From positions 1 through 62,396 of the forward strand of contig DBYP01000012.1 of NCBI GenBank assembly GCA_002309885.1: a stretch of DNA of 62,396 bases, read 5' to 3'. Of the stretch, positions 8,367 through 17,464 are shown one piece after another. Made by a program: the position numbers and the translations under genes. The notes beneath the pieces are model-generated. The model had not been told where the DNA came from. It saw only the letters and a program-made list of their open reading frames with translations, and searched no databases. Source of the DNA: Verrucomicrobia bacterium UBA1183 (GTDB lineage Bacteria > Verrucomicrobiota > Verrucomicrobiia > Opitutales > UBA9783). Each line of letters begins with the position of its first letter. The stretch's first letter is position 1.

Positions 8367-9491
8367 ATGAAGTCTGATCTATCCAAAGGAAGAAAAAGTA
8401 ACAAAAATTTAAGGGAGGCAAAACGCAGCAAGAACGACGAGTTCTATACTCAACTTTCGGATATAGAAAAAGAATTAGCTAACTATACCGATTTTTTTAA
8501 AGGGAAAACTGTTTTCTGTAATTGCGATGATCCCTATGAGAGTAATTTTTTCAAATATTTTGCGTTACGCTTTAATGTTTTGGGCTTAAAAAAACTTATA
8601 GCGACCAGTTTTTGCGGATCTCCCATTGTTGGTAAAGAATTATCTCTAGTTGAAGAAAATGAGATACCTTCCTCAATTTCCAATAAAAATGCCTACAAAG
8701 TTGTTATGACAGAATTAAAAGATGTAACCGGGAATAGGCGTTACGACGAAGATGATGTCAAAGAAATTATTAAGCATCGTGTGCGTTATTTGAAAGGAGA
8801 CGGAGAATATCCCGCTGGCGATTTTCGATCGGAAGAGTGTATTACATTATTGAAAGAGGCAGACATTGTTGTAACAAATCCTCCGTTTTCGCTATTTCGA
8901 GAATATGTAGCTCAGTTAATAAAATATGGCAAAAAATTCCTTATCATGGGGAATATAAATGCGGTCGCGTACAAAGAAATTTTCCCCCTTATAAAAGACA
9001 ATAAAATTTGGTTGGGGGCCGGTATTCATAACGGAAATAAAGAATTTAGAGTTCCTGAGTATTATCCTTTGAATGCTACTTCATGCAGAATTGATATAAA
9101 AGGAATAAGATACATTCGCGTGAAGGGAATTCGTTGGTACACAAATGTTGATTACAAAAAACGAAATGAATTGTTAGATTTGTATAAAAAATATACGCCC
9201 GACGAATACCCCAAGTATGATAATTATGATGCTATTAATGTAAACAAGGTTGCAGATATCCCTGTAGACTATGCCGGCGTTATAGGCGTCCCTATTACGT
9301 TTATGGATAAATATTGTCCAGATCAATTCAAGATTATTGGATTATGTGCTTCTCATGGAAGGGTTCCCAAAAACATCGAGAATGAATCCTGCTACCTCAA
9401 CGGGAAATGGTTATACTCACGAATTTTAATCCAACGTAAAAAAAAATATGGAAATCAAGTTACACGAAATTTTAATACGAGATTTAATTGA
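8367..9491 (+). CDS. N6-adenine DNA methyltransferase, EcoRI-methylase-like family
   Basis: ATG 8367 is preceded by AAAGGAG. DEFYTQLSDIEKEL, GKTVFCNCDDPYESNFFKYF and the catalytic VVTNPPFSLF (NPPF at 8877-8888) match the EcoRI_methylase-type architecture. Confidence 0.85.
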   Translation: MKSDLSKGRKSNKNLREAKRSKNDEFYTQLSDIEKELANYTDFFKGKTVFCNCDDPYESNFFKYFALRFNVLGLKKLIATSFCGSPIVGKELSLVEENEIPSSISNKNAYKVVMTELKDVTGNRRYDEDDVKEIIKHRVRYLKGDGEYPAGDFRSEECITLLKEADIVVTNPPFSLFREYVAQLIKYGKKFLIMGNINAVAYKEIFPLIKDNKIWLGAGIHNGNKEFRVPEYYPLNATSCRIDIKGIRYIRVKGIRWYTNVDYKKRNELLDLYKKYTPDEYPKYDNYDAINVNKVADIPVDYAGVIGVPITFMDKYCPDQFKIIGLCASHGRVPKNIENESCYLNGKWLYSRILIQRKKKYGNQVTRNFNTRFN

Positions 9492-10599
9492 TGGTTATAT
9501 TGACAATGCAGAAAATGGCGTTGTAGCGTATCACGGCCGTTTAAATGTTAGACCACCATTTCAGCGCGAATTTATTTACAAAGATGCACAACGGGATGAA
9601 GTAATTCGTACAATACGTAAAAATTTCCCATTGAATGTCATGTATTGGTCGGTCAGTGGTAGAAACGAAAAAGGTGAAAATAAGTACGAATTGTTGGATG
9701 GACAACAGCGGACATTGAGCATTTGTCAATTTTGTGACCCACAAAAGGGGTTTACAATGAAAATGGATGGGCACATACGTGGTTTTTGGGTAGGTTTTAC
9801 GGATGATGAACGCGATCAAATTCTAAATTATAAGTTAAATGTTTATGTTTGCGACGGAACTGAACGAGAAAAATTGGATTGGTTTAAAATTATCAATATA
9901 GCCGGAGAAGAATTGACCCCCCAAGAACTACGTAATGCTATTTATACGGGACCATGGCTTGCGGATGCAAAACGTAAATTTTCTAAAACAGGTTGTGTAG
10001 CCTATAGGAAGGGAGAACGTTACGTAAAAGGAGTTCTTAATCGCCAGGATTATCTAGAAACAGCATTAAAGTGGATTGTCGATAAAGAAAACATGACTTC
10101 GGAGAAAAATATTACCATAGAAGATTACATGGCATCTCATCAAAATGATCTTAATGCTAATGACCTTTGGCGGTATTTTAGTGGGGTTATCGATTGGGTC
10201 GAAACGGTTTTCCCCAAATATCGCCCGATAATGAAAAACGTTGGATGGGGAATGTTGTTTAATAGATATGAGCATAACCTTGATGACAGAGATACATCTG
10301 ATTTGGAGGAAGAAATTTCTAAATTAATAAAGGATGATGATGTATGTAACAATACAGGTATTTATGCCTACCTTTTGTCCGGGGAGGAAAAGCATTTAGA
10401 AATTCGTGCATTTTCACAAACTATGAAAGAAGCTGCCTATGAAAAACAAAAAGGTATTTGCAAGATTTGCGGAAAACATTTTGAGATAGAAGATATGGAG
10501 GCAGATCATATTATACCATGGAGTAAAGGTGGCAAAACGAGTGCTGACAATTGCCAAATGTTATGTAAGAAATGCAATCGCGAAAAAAGTGACATGTAG
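9448..10599 (+). CDS. DUF262 (ParB/Srx-like, GmrSD N-domain type) plus C-terminal HNH endonuclease
   Basis: PPFQREFIY and LLDGQQRTLSI (DGQQR at 9697-9711) are DUF262 hallmarks. The C-terminus CKICGKHF...EADHIIPWSKGGKTSADNCQMLCKKCNREK is an HNH/zinc-finger nuclease motif. Overlaps the methyltransferase by 44 nt. Confidence 0.85.
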   Translation: MEIKLHEILIRDLIDGYIDNAENGVVAYHGRLNVRPPFQREFIYKDAQRDEVIRTIRKNFPLNVMYWSVSGRNEKGENKYELLDGQQRTLSICQFCDPQKGFTMKMDGHIRGFWVGFTDDERDQILNYKLNVYVCDGTEREKLDWFKIINIAGEELTPQELRNAIYTGPWLADAKRKFSKTGCVAYRKGERYVKGVLNRQDYLETALKWIVDKENMTSEKNITIEDYMASHQNDLNANDLWRYFSGVIDWVETVFPKYRPIMKNVGWGMLFNRYEHNLDDRDTSDLEEEISKLIKDDDVCNNTGIYAYLLSGEEKHLEIRAFSQTMKEAAYEKQKGICKICGKHFEIEDMEADHIIPWSKGGKTSADNCQMLCKKCNREKSDM

Positions 10600-10602
10600 A
10601 TT

Positions 10603-10932
10603 ATGAACAAAGTGATGATAGTAGGAAAGGCCTTCAAAAAAGGTGGTCTAGCAGAAAGCAAAAACGGTGTAAAATATCAACGTTTAAGGATCTTAGATGC
10701 ACAACCTAAACGAGAAGAGTCTTTTTATTTTGAGTGTGTAGCGTTTGAGAAGGCTGCAGAAAATCTTGATCAATTGGTGGATAATGGTCGTGAAATCGTA
10801 GTTTGGGGAGAATTAAAGGAAGACAAAAGGACGAAGAAAATGTCAGTAAATGTACTATCATTTACGTTGGTTGGATACAAAACTCCTATTGATGATTTTA
10901 GCCCGGAAGAACAAGAGGACGAAACACTCTGA
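10603..10932 (+). CDS. small SSB-like OB-fold protein with acidic tail
   Basis: 109 aa, starting 4 nt after the HNH gene. MNKVMIVGK..., FECVAFEKAAENLDQLVDNGREIVVWGEL and the acidic end DDFSPEEQEDETL parallel the bacterial SSB N-domain and tail. Confidence 0.55.
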   Translation: MNKVMIVGKAFKKGGLAESKNGVKYQRLRILDAQPKREESFYFECVAFEKAAENLDQLVDNGREIVVWGELKEDKRTKKMSVNVLSFTLVGYKTPIDDFSPEEQEDETL

Positions 10933-10953
10933 AAGAGTAGTGATAATGTTTTG

Positions 10954-11532
10954 ATGGCCCATTTCGAAGGTCATTTCTTTGATCCTATCGTTTTTAATGA
11001 TTCCATCCAGGAATTCTTAGCCTTGAAACTACGTTTGGCTAATTATTTCGAAGACATTGCGAAGGAAGATATTTTTGACTACATTCCACCTCAAAAAACA
11101 AACCAAATTTTTACGCCGAAAAAGCTGGCTCAGGAAATGGTGGATAATTTAGAAAAGGAATGCCCTGGTTGCTTCGATGATCCCACGAAGACCTTCATCG
11201 ATCTGTACATGAAATCGGGCCTTTACATCACCGAAATCGTAAAACGTTTGTATAATAGCCCCAAAATCAAATCTCTCTTCCCAGACAAACAGGCACGCTT
11301 GCGACATATCTTTGAACATCAAGTTTACGGACTAGCCCCTACGGAGATTATCTATCGAATTGCTACCGCATACATTCTCGGCTTCGATCACACGGTCAGC
11401 ATTACAAAACATAATCTGCGCCAGCGGGATGTCCTAAAATCCGTCAAGCAAGACACCCTTGAAAAGGATTTAGCCGAGCTTTTCCCAGAAATGAAATCCG
11501 TCAAGCAAGCTTGCATCGTAAGGCACGACTAA
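10954..11532 (+). pseudogene. N-terminal fragment of an N6-adenine-methylase-like (often helicase-fused) protein, truncated
   Basis: QIFTPKKLAQEMVDNLEKECPGCFDDPTKTFIDLYMKSGLYITEI resembles motif X (FTP) and a degenerate motif I (DP.cGSG becomes DLYMKSG). There is no catalytic NPPY/F motif. The ORF ends at the TGTCAC repeat cluster. Confidence 0.4.
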
Positions 11533-11604
11533 ACCCGAAAGATGCAATCAATGAGATGCAAATATAATTCCCTTATACCATTTCGGCGGCATTAACCACC
11601 ATTT

Positions 11605-11705
11605 TGTCAAAACTGTCACAAACTGTCACGTTTTATTTCATGACAGTGTTTTGTTAGTATTTATGCTGGTTAGAAGACGTTTTTGACAACTGTCACAATT
11701 GTCAC
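11605..11705. promoter_or_regulatory. second, inverted cluster of TGTCAC repeats
   Basis: TGTCAC at 11614, 11624, 11691 and 11700, with variants at 11605 and 11641. 11639-11665 is the reverse complement of 3687-3713 (24/27 identical). A degenerate ...CDNCDS coding remnant lies on the minus strand at about 11690-11710. Confidence 0.5.
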
Positions 11706-11980
11706 ATAGGAAGTAAACCCAATGATCGATCGTAAACTTCCACCGCGGAAAATTTTCAGAATTCGTACGCAACCCAAGGACGGATATTTGGAGTTAGCCA
11801 TTTGATAGAATCCGTAACCTTATTAACAAGCTTCGATAAAAATCCACCTTGTTTAAAAAGCAACATACAAATCTTACCACCTTGGATATATTTTGACAAA
11901 TTTTTACCTGAAAGGTTGCAATAGGGTTGCAACAGAAATAACACATACAAAAGCCAATTTACGCTATCTCGCATAAACAT

Positions 11981-12047
11981 TGGGTGCAGGGCTTGGATTT
12001 GAACCAAGGACCTTCAGGTTATGAGACCGATGCAGTTGCTTAACCAC
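11981..12047 (-). tRNA. tRNA-Met-like 3' fragment (pseudo-tRNA, att-site remnant)
   Basis: The minus strand reads ...GGTCTCATAACCTGAAGGTC CTTGG TTCAAAT CCAAG CCCTGCA C CCA. The T-arm, 3' acceptor strand, encoded CCA and a CTCATAA (CAT) anticodon loop are intact. No complementary 5' acceptor strand (TGCAGGG) or D-arm is found upstream. Confidence 0.5.
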
Positions 12048-12619
12048 TTGTTTCTAGATGTCTCTGTATGTTTCAATTAGGTCACTGTTTATGCATCCTG
12101 TAAAGCCTTTTCTTAAAAAATGTAACCTCTTGAAACATCCAGGATAATTTGAAACAAAAACCAACAAAACCACCAACACAAAGTGTAAAGGGAATTGGAA
12201 GTTGGATTAGGTGTTTGGTTAGATTGCTTTATCCACGAATTGGATTTTTGAAACCAACAATTAAGAGACGATGATTTTGAGACTTTTAAAACACGTTTAT
12301 CAATATCTTCGTTTTTTAGCGAAATGTGCCGGGTTGCGAAATGAGGAGGTTTTTCGCGATAAAATCCGCATAAATACTGAGATCGAGCAAATGCCATCGC
12401 CCGGCAATTCGATTGCGAAGTGATGCGAAGCGATTATCAATTAAATATGATAATCTGTTAAATTTCTGAGTAAAAAACTAAAGAATTTTAATGCTAGATT
12501 CGCTAAATGGGGCACTATTCATCTAAAACTACCATAGGATAAACTTACTGCCGAAACGAACCAATCAGCTTAATCAATTAATCGAAACCACAAAAAACAA
12601 AACCTAGGAATATGGTTCC

Positions 12620-14119
12620 CTATTTCAAGTAGTGAAAGTTAACACCCTCAAATGAATCAAGTTCTGCATTTTTAACAATTAGCACATGCTGCACATCTTC
12701 ATTACTGTAATCTTTTGTGCCTTCTTTGATTTTTACACAAACAACATCCGCAGGTAATTGTTTATCAGAAATATGCCGCACAAAAATCAAATGACTGCTA
12801 TCATCTGTATAAAACATCTCAACCCAAAAAACTTCTGGTGCTTCTCTCAACCTTAAAAAGGTAGAATTAATATTCTTTATAAACTCTACAATTTTTGCAT
12901 CACCTTCACTCGGAATAGATTCCTCTCTATGAAATGGCGCTCCCTTCGAACAGACAAACGGACTTTTTGCTACCTCTGACAACCATTCATCTGAAGAAAA
13001 ACAATACCATCCCGCATCCGAACTGAAAGCTGCAATAGCCATACGTTCTTTAACGATTTCCAATTTTTGTTCTGGTGTCACCAAAGCCAATCTCTCTTGA
13101 ATTAATCTCCCACGCACACACTTTATCTGTCTTTCAATATCTTCTTGAATTTCTTCTGTTAAAAGCTTCGCATCTATATCTTCTTGAGGGACTCCTTGGT
13201 TCAAAAAATATGATAAAATCGTGGTCCCGTGATCATGAGAACCTGAAAAGCCTACTGTCCCTATCCAAAAATTACCACATTTCCCCGAGCAAGTTGACTT
13301 CTTCAATCCCAAATCATGTAAAAACCATTGATATCCGAAAGGATTAGTTAACCTTTTCCCCTGTAAAATTTGCCCCTTGGACAAAAAAACAGACAAATTT
13401 GTTAAATGAGTAAAACCACTACCCTTACAAGAATCCAAAACACCTCTTACATCTTTGCCTACTGGAATTAGGGCCTCACCAAAAACAATCAATGGATCTT
13501 TAATCTTTGTCCTTAGATACTCTACACACATTCGTAGTGTGGCTTGATCAACATCGGTACCATAATCTACACGCATTCCCTGAAATCCTAATTCAACCAT
13601 TTGATCTAACAGTGGTCGCCAGATAGCGTCAAAAATCTCGCTTCTAGTTTCACTCGTATAATTGAATGGGCAAATATCATCCCAGTGGCTATCCTGCTCC
13701 TTAAACCAACTTTTATGTTCCTTTATAGCTAGCGAATCCTTCGCAATATGGTTTAAAACAAGATCAAAAATAGGTATCATACCTTGTCTTTTAATAGCCT
13801 CATTATACACTTTTATGTCTTCTTCAGGACTCAGCATTACTGGAGTTAACCTATCAAGCTTCATCGCATATAACGAACCTTTCACATCCAGCTCTTGCCC
13901 GGTAAATTTATTAAACCTCTTAACAACCGTGTCTGAACTTTGAAAAAATGGATTTACCCAAACAACGTTAAACCCCAATTCCCTAATTTTAGGGACATAT
14001 TTAGCCATCACTTTAAAATCCATACCCCAGACTCTGGGATACTGATTATAGATAAGAAGGGGCCCAGCGTATAAAGACCCCCAAAAAACCAAAACCAGCG
14101 CGCAAAAAAAACTTCTCAT
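12620..14119 (-). CDS. secreted alpha-amylase-family (GH13) glycoside hydrolase/transferase
   Basis: Signal peptide MRSFFCALVLVFWGSLYA. GH13 conserved regions are present: GFNVVWVNPFF, DLVLNH (I), GMRVDYG (II), VFGEAL (III), GSHDH (IV). Confidence 0.8.
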   Translation of the reverse strand: MRSFFCALVLVFWGSLYAGPLLIYNQYPRVWGMDFKVMAKYVPKIRELGFNVVWVNPFFQSSDTVVKRFNKFTGQELDVKGSLYAMKLDRLTPVMLSPEEDIKVYNEAIKRQGMIPIFDLVLNHIAKDSLAIKEHKSWFKEQDSHWDDICPFNYTSETRSEIFDAIWRPLLDQMVELGFQGMRVDYGTDVDQATLRMCVEYLRTKIKDPLIVFGEALIPVGKDVRGVLDSCKGSGFTHLTNLSVFLSKGQILQGKRLTNPFGYQWFLHDLGLKKSTCSGKCGNFWIGTVGFSGSHDHGTTILSYFLNQGVPQEDIDAKLLTEEIQEDIERQIKCVRGRLIQERLALVTPEQKLEIVKERMAIAAFSSDAGWYCFSSDEWLSEVAKSPFVCSKGAPFHREESIPSEGDAKIVEFIKNINSTFLRLREAPEVFWVEMFYTDDSSHLIFVRHISDKQLPADVVCVKIKEGTKDYSNEDVQHVLIVKNAELDSFEGVNFHYLK

Positions 14120-14125
14120 ATTTCA

Positions 14126-14704
14126 CTATAAATCAACAGAAACTATTTTTTTCTCTCGATTTATTTCATTTAACAAACTTCTCAAGCCTTCTTTAAGTTC
14201 CTGAATCGGAACTAACACAATTCGAGTGTCTGTACTAGACTCGAGTTCTTTGATAGATTCAGCCCAAATTGCGAAATATGATCTCAAAACCTTTATTTTA
14301 AAGACGACATTAGGATTTTGTTTCATTAGCCCAACAAACTGTCTTACGGATTGTAACCACGAAGATATAGCTGTAACGCTTGTACAGGTGAAAAATAAAT
14401 CTAGAGCATTTTTCTTTTGTACGAGCCAAAAGTCCGTACAATAAGCCAACTGCGCAGAACTACTTTTTGCATAAATTTCATAAAATTTATCCATTTCTTC
14501 CTGAGTAGTTGGCAATTTTAACCCCGCTGGTATCCCTAACTTTTGCTCCTGTTCTTCCAGCGTGACAACTGTTCCACCCTCATCTACCCAATGGAAACGT
14601 TCGTCAACCAGCATGATTTTACAATTTTCCATCATTTTCGCTTCAGTGAAACTTACCGTTGCAGATATGCCTGCAATCAAACCTAATATGGCACTTTTGT
14701 TCAT
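14126..14704 (-). CDS. hypothetical secreted protein
   Basis: 192 aa with signal peptide MNKSAILGLIAGISATVSFTEA. Its start lies 7 nt upstream of the GH13 gene's start on the same strand. No motif. Confidence 0.55.
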   Translation of the reverse strand: MNKSAILGLIAGISATVSFTEAKMMENCKIMLVDERFHWVDEGGTVVTLEEQEQKLGIPAGLKLPTTQEEMDKFYEIYAKSSSAQLAYCTDFWLVQKKNALDLFFTCTSVTAISSWLQSVRQFVGLMKQNPNVVFKIKVLRSYFAIWAESIKELESSTDTRIVLVPIQELKEGLRSLLNEINREKKIVSVDL

Positions 14705-14998
14705 ATCTTTCCCTCCATTCTCGAGTAGAAAAAGTTTTTTTAGAGACTGTCAAGTGTTTTTTATTACTTTTTGCAAATTCAACATTGAAGTACCCTCTTA
14801 AGTAAAAGATCGAAAAAAGAAAAAATATGAAGGTAGCGTTCAGATATTACCTAAAATGAGTTTAACCTAAAATGCATATGGCCTTTGCCTTGGTGAAATT
14901 CCCCTAAAAAATCATCAATGCATCTTTGTTTTGTCGAAAAAGCTTACAAAAATCGACAAACAGGTTTTAACTTGATGAAAAGATAGTTAAAAATCGAC

Positions 14999-15829
14999 AT
15001 GTTAAATCCGAACGAACCCTATAATGAATTGCCGGGACTGCCACCGATTCAAGAGGTAGAAACGAATGCGGTTCTAAAAAGCGTTATTGAAGCCAGAAGT
15101 GCTTTGAATGAACTGAATTTGATATGCAATATTTTGCCTAACAAAGCGGTTTTGCTGAACACGATTCCGATTTTGGAAGCGAAGGGATCGTCGGAAGTCG
15201 AGGCGATTATTACGACAACGGACGAGCTGTTTAAGTTCGATACGCAGCGTCCTAATAAATATAACACAGAGACGAAGGAAGCTTACCGGTATTGTATGGC
15301 CTTGAAGCAAGGCTTGCAGGTTTTGGAATCCGGCCGGCCGTTCAATTTTAATTTGGCGAAAAGTGTGGCAAGTACCTTATTGGGAACGGATGTTGCGCTT
15401 CGAAATCATAGCGTTTCTTCAACCAATCCCGCAACACATATCTGTTATTATACGCCTCCGTTGGGCGAAAACGTTCTGCTTGGAAAACTGAAGATTTCGG
15501 AGATTTTTATCAACGAACCTAGCGATTTGGATCCATCGGTACGTTTGGCCATGTCGCATTATCAGTTTGAAGCGATTCATCCGTTTAGCGATGGCAACGG
15601 TCGCACCGGCCGAATTCTCAATTTGCTGTTTTTGGTAAAAGAAGGTATCTTGTCGTATCCCATACTGTACTTAAGTCGTTACATTTTACAAAATCGCTCG
15701 CAGTACTATGCATGTCTCAAAAATGTTACCTTTGAGCAACAGTGGGAACCGATGATTTTATTCATGCTAAAAGCCCTGACGATCACCGCCCATTGGACCA
15801 CCGAGATAAGAAGTTTTTGGATGTTTTGA
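14999..15829 (+). CDS. Fic-domain protein (AMPylase family), C-terminally short
   Basis: Canonical Fic motif HPFSDGNGRTGR at 15578-15613. Fic_N-like region EAKGSSEVEAIITT. At 276 aa it is shorter than typical ~350-380-aa Fic_N/Fic/wHTH proteins. Confidence 0.85.
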   Translation: MLNPNEPYNELPGLPPIQEVETNAVLKSVIEARSALNELNLICNILPNKAVLLNTIPILEAKGSSEVEAIITTTDELFKFDTQRPNKYNTETKEAYRYCMALKQGLQVLESGRPFNFNLAKSVASTLLGTDVALRNHSVSSTNPATHICYYTPPLGENVLLGKLKISEIFINEPSDLDPSVRLAMSHYQFEAIHPFSDGNGRTGRILNLLFLVKEGILSYPILYLSRYILQNRSQYYACLKNVTFEQQWEPMILFMLKALTITAHWTTEIRSFWMF

Positions 15830-15941
15830 ATAGGGAGTAAACATATTTCAGTTATATTTACATCAATTTAACTTGGAATAGCTTTGAAATTTAGAGTTAG
15901 CGAAGGTGTTATACATTTTGTAAAAAAGCTATAAAGGGAAA

Positions 15942-16700
15942 TTATAACTTCACATACCTCTCCAATATCTCGTTTTTCCCTGCAATAAAAAAATTATTTT
16001 TCATAGAAAGCTTATTGTAAGCAGGTTCTTGTTTAGTAACCAAATCGATGATTGAACAACCGGTTTCCTTTAAGATGACATGACCTGCCGCAATATCCCA
16101 TTCTTTACTTCCTTCAAATCTTGGGTAGATATCTATAACACCTTCTGCTAGTTTCCCAAATTTCAAAGCGGAACCGAATTTAAGTACTTGAGTTATTCCA
16201 TTTGTTTTTAAAAATTCCTGGGTTTCCATAGAAGAATGGAACACAGAATCGGTAGCAATTAATCGTTTGCGAGTACTATGACTAAAGATCGGTTTACCGT
16301 TTAAAAAAGCGCCGGATCCTTTTTGAGCATAATACATTAAATCCATAGCCGGAACATAAATAACACCTAAAGTTGGAATACCACTTTCAATTAAGGCAAT
16401 GTTAACGGTAAATTGCCCTGTTTTAGCTAAAAAATCCTTTGTTCCATCTAATGGATCAACAAGCCAAAATGTTTGAAAATTTTTTCTTGTTGTGTACTCA
16501 GGGACAGATTCTTCGGAAATAACCGGAAATCCAAAGTTCTTTTCTAAAGCATCTGTGATATATCGGTTCGATTTTAGATCTGCTGTCGTTAACGGAGAAT
16601 GATCCTCCTTATACTGCACAGAAATATCAGAGAGATTATTGTAATATTTTAAAATAATCTCTCCTGCTTTTTTGGCAATCTTAACGACTTGTTGTAGCAT
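15942..16700 (-). CDS. cysQ: 3'(2'),5'-bisphosphate nucleotidase (inositol-monophosphatase family)
   Basis: WLVDPLDGTKDF metal-binding motif, 252 aa. Last gene of the cysC-methyltransferase-cysQ overlapping operon. Confidence 0.75.
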   Translation of the reverse strand: MLQQVVKIAKKAGEIILKYYNNLSDISVQYKEDHSPLTTADLKSNRYITDALEKNFGFPVISEESVPEYTTRKNFQTFWLVDPLDGTKDFLAKTGQFTVNIALIESGIPTLGVIYVPAMDLMYYAQKGSGAFLNGKPIFSHSTRKRLIATDSVFHSSMETQEFLKTNGITQVLKFGSALKFGKLAEGVIDIYPRFEGSKEWDIAAGHVILKETGCSIIDLVTKQEPAYNKLSMKNNFFIAGKNEILERYVKL

Positions 16701-17464
16701 TAATCAACTTTTTGTGCAGTCCAAGCACGCATCTTGTAGGGGACCTCTATCTTATCGTATGCAGAAACAATCTTCTTTATTTGATCCATAATTTGACCCC
16801 AACGGGCTTCTCCAGCTTGAGCCCTAATATCATTAACAGATTCCCAAGCTCCCAAATAACGCTCTCTGGTCATTATTTCGGTGTGTTTACATTCCATAAA
16901 CATGACGTCTTTAAAATAGTTGCCTTCTGTTAAAACACTAAACCAATCTTTTACATTTTGAGAGCCTGACGAAACTCTTTGTAGCTCTGGAACCATTTGT
17001 TTTATCATCGATTCTATTTTTTGATGTAATGGAGAACTCTGTATATCTCTTGTGTTATAAATAATTGTAAAATGCCCGCCCTTTTTCAAAATTCTCGAAA
17101 ATTCAGGCAACGATTTTTTAGGATCGGTCCAATGAAAGGAAGAGGCCATCACCACCCAATTTACAGAATTACTAGCCAATCCCGTATCTTCTCCTGATCC
17201 TTTTGACCAGGTTATATTATCAAAACCTTTCGTATAAACTACTCCTTCTGCACGCATCGCATCATTGGGCTCAACGGCGAAGATTTTGCAATTAAGATTA
17301 CCTATTTCTTTTGTAAATTTACCTGTCCCTGCCCCAACATCAGCAATAGCAAAATCATTTCCTTCAAAATTAATGTACTTAAGCAATGCATCTATGATCA
17401 ATTTGCTATAGGCAGGTCTATTGATATAATTTTTAGCTAATTCTGAAAAATCACCTTGTTTCAT
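16700..17464 (-). CDS. class I SAM-dependent methyltransferase
   Basis: Motif I ADVGAGTGKFT and post-I FAVEPN. Its start and stop overlap the neighbouring genes. Substrate unknown. Confidence 0.8.
   Translation of the reverse strand: MKQGDFSELAKNYINRPAYSKLIIDALLKYINFEGNDFAIADVGAGTGKFTKEIGNLNCKIFAVEPNDAMRAEGVVYTKGFDNITWSKGSGEDTGLASNSVNWVVMASSFHWTDPKKSLPEFSRILKKGGHFTIIYNTRDIQSSPLHQKIESMIKQMVPELQRVSSGSQNVKDWFSVLTEGNYFKDVMFMECKHTEIMTRERYLGAWESVNDIRAQAGEARWGQIMDQIKKIVSAYDKIEVPYKMRAWTAQKVD

Noticed and set aside
11756-12007. 83-aa minus-strand ORF
   Set aside because: Its 5' end overlaps the tRNA-like fragment. Its body lies in a region that looks like frameshifted debris of a second DUF3987-like copy. 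It is unlikely to be a real gene.
12113-12397. 94-aa minus-strand ORF
   Set aside because: No motif and odd composition (WWFCWFLFQ). It lies in an otherwise non-coding stretch next to the island boundary, so it is treated as spurious.
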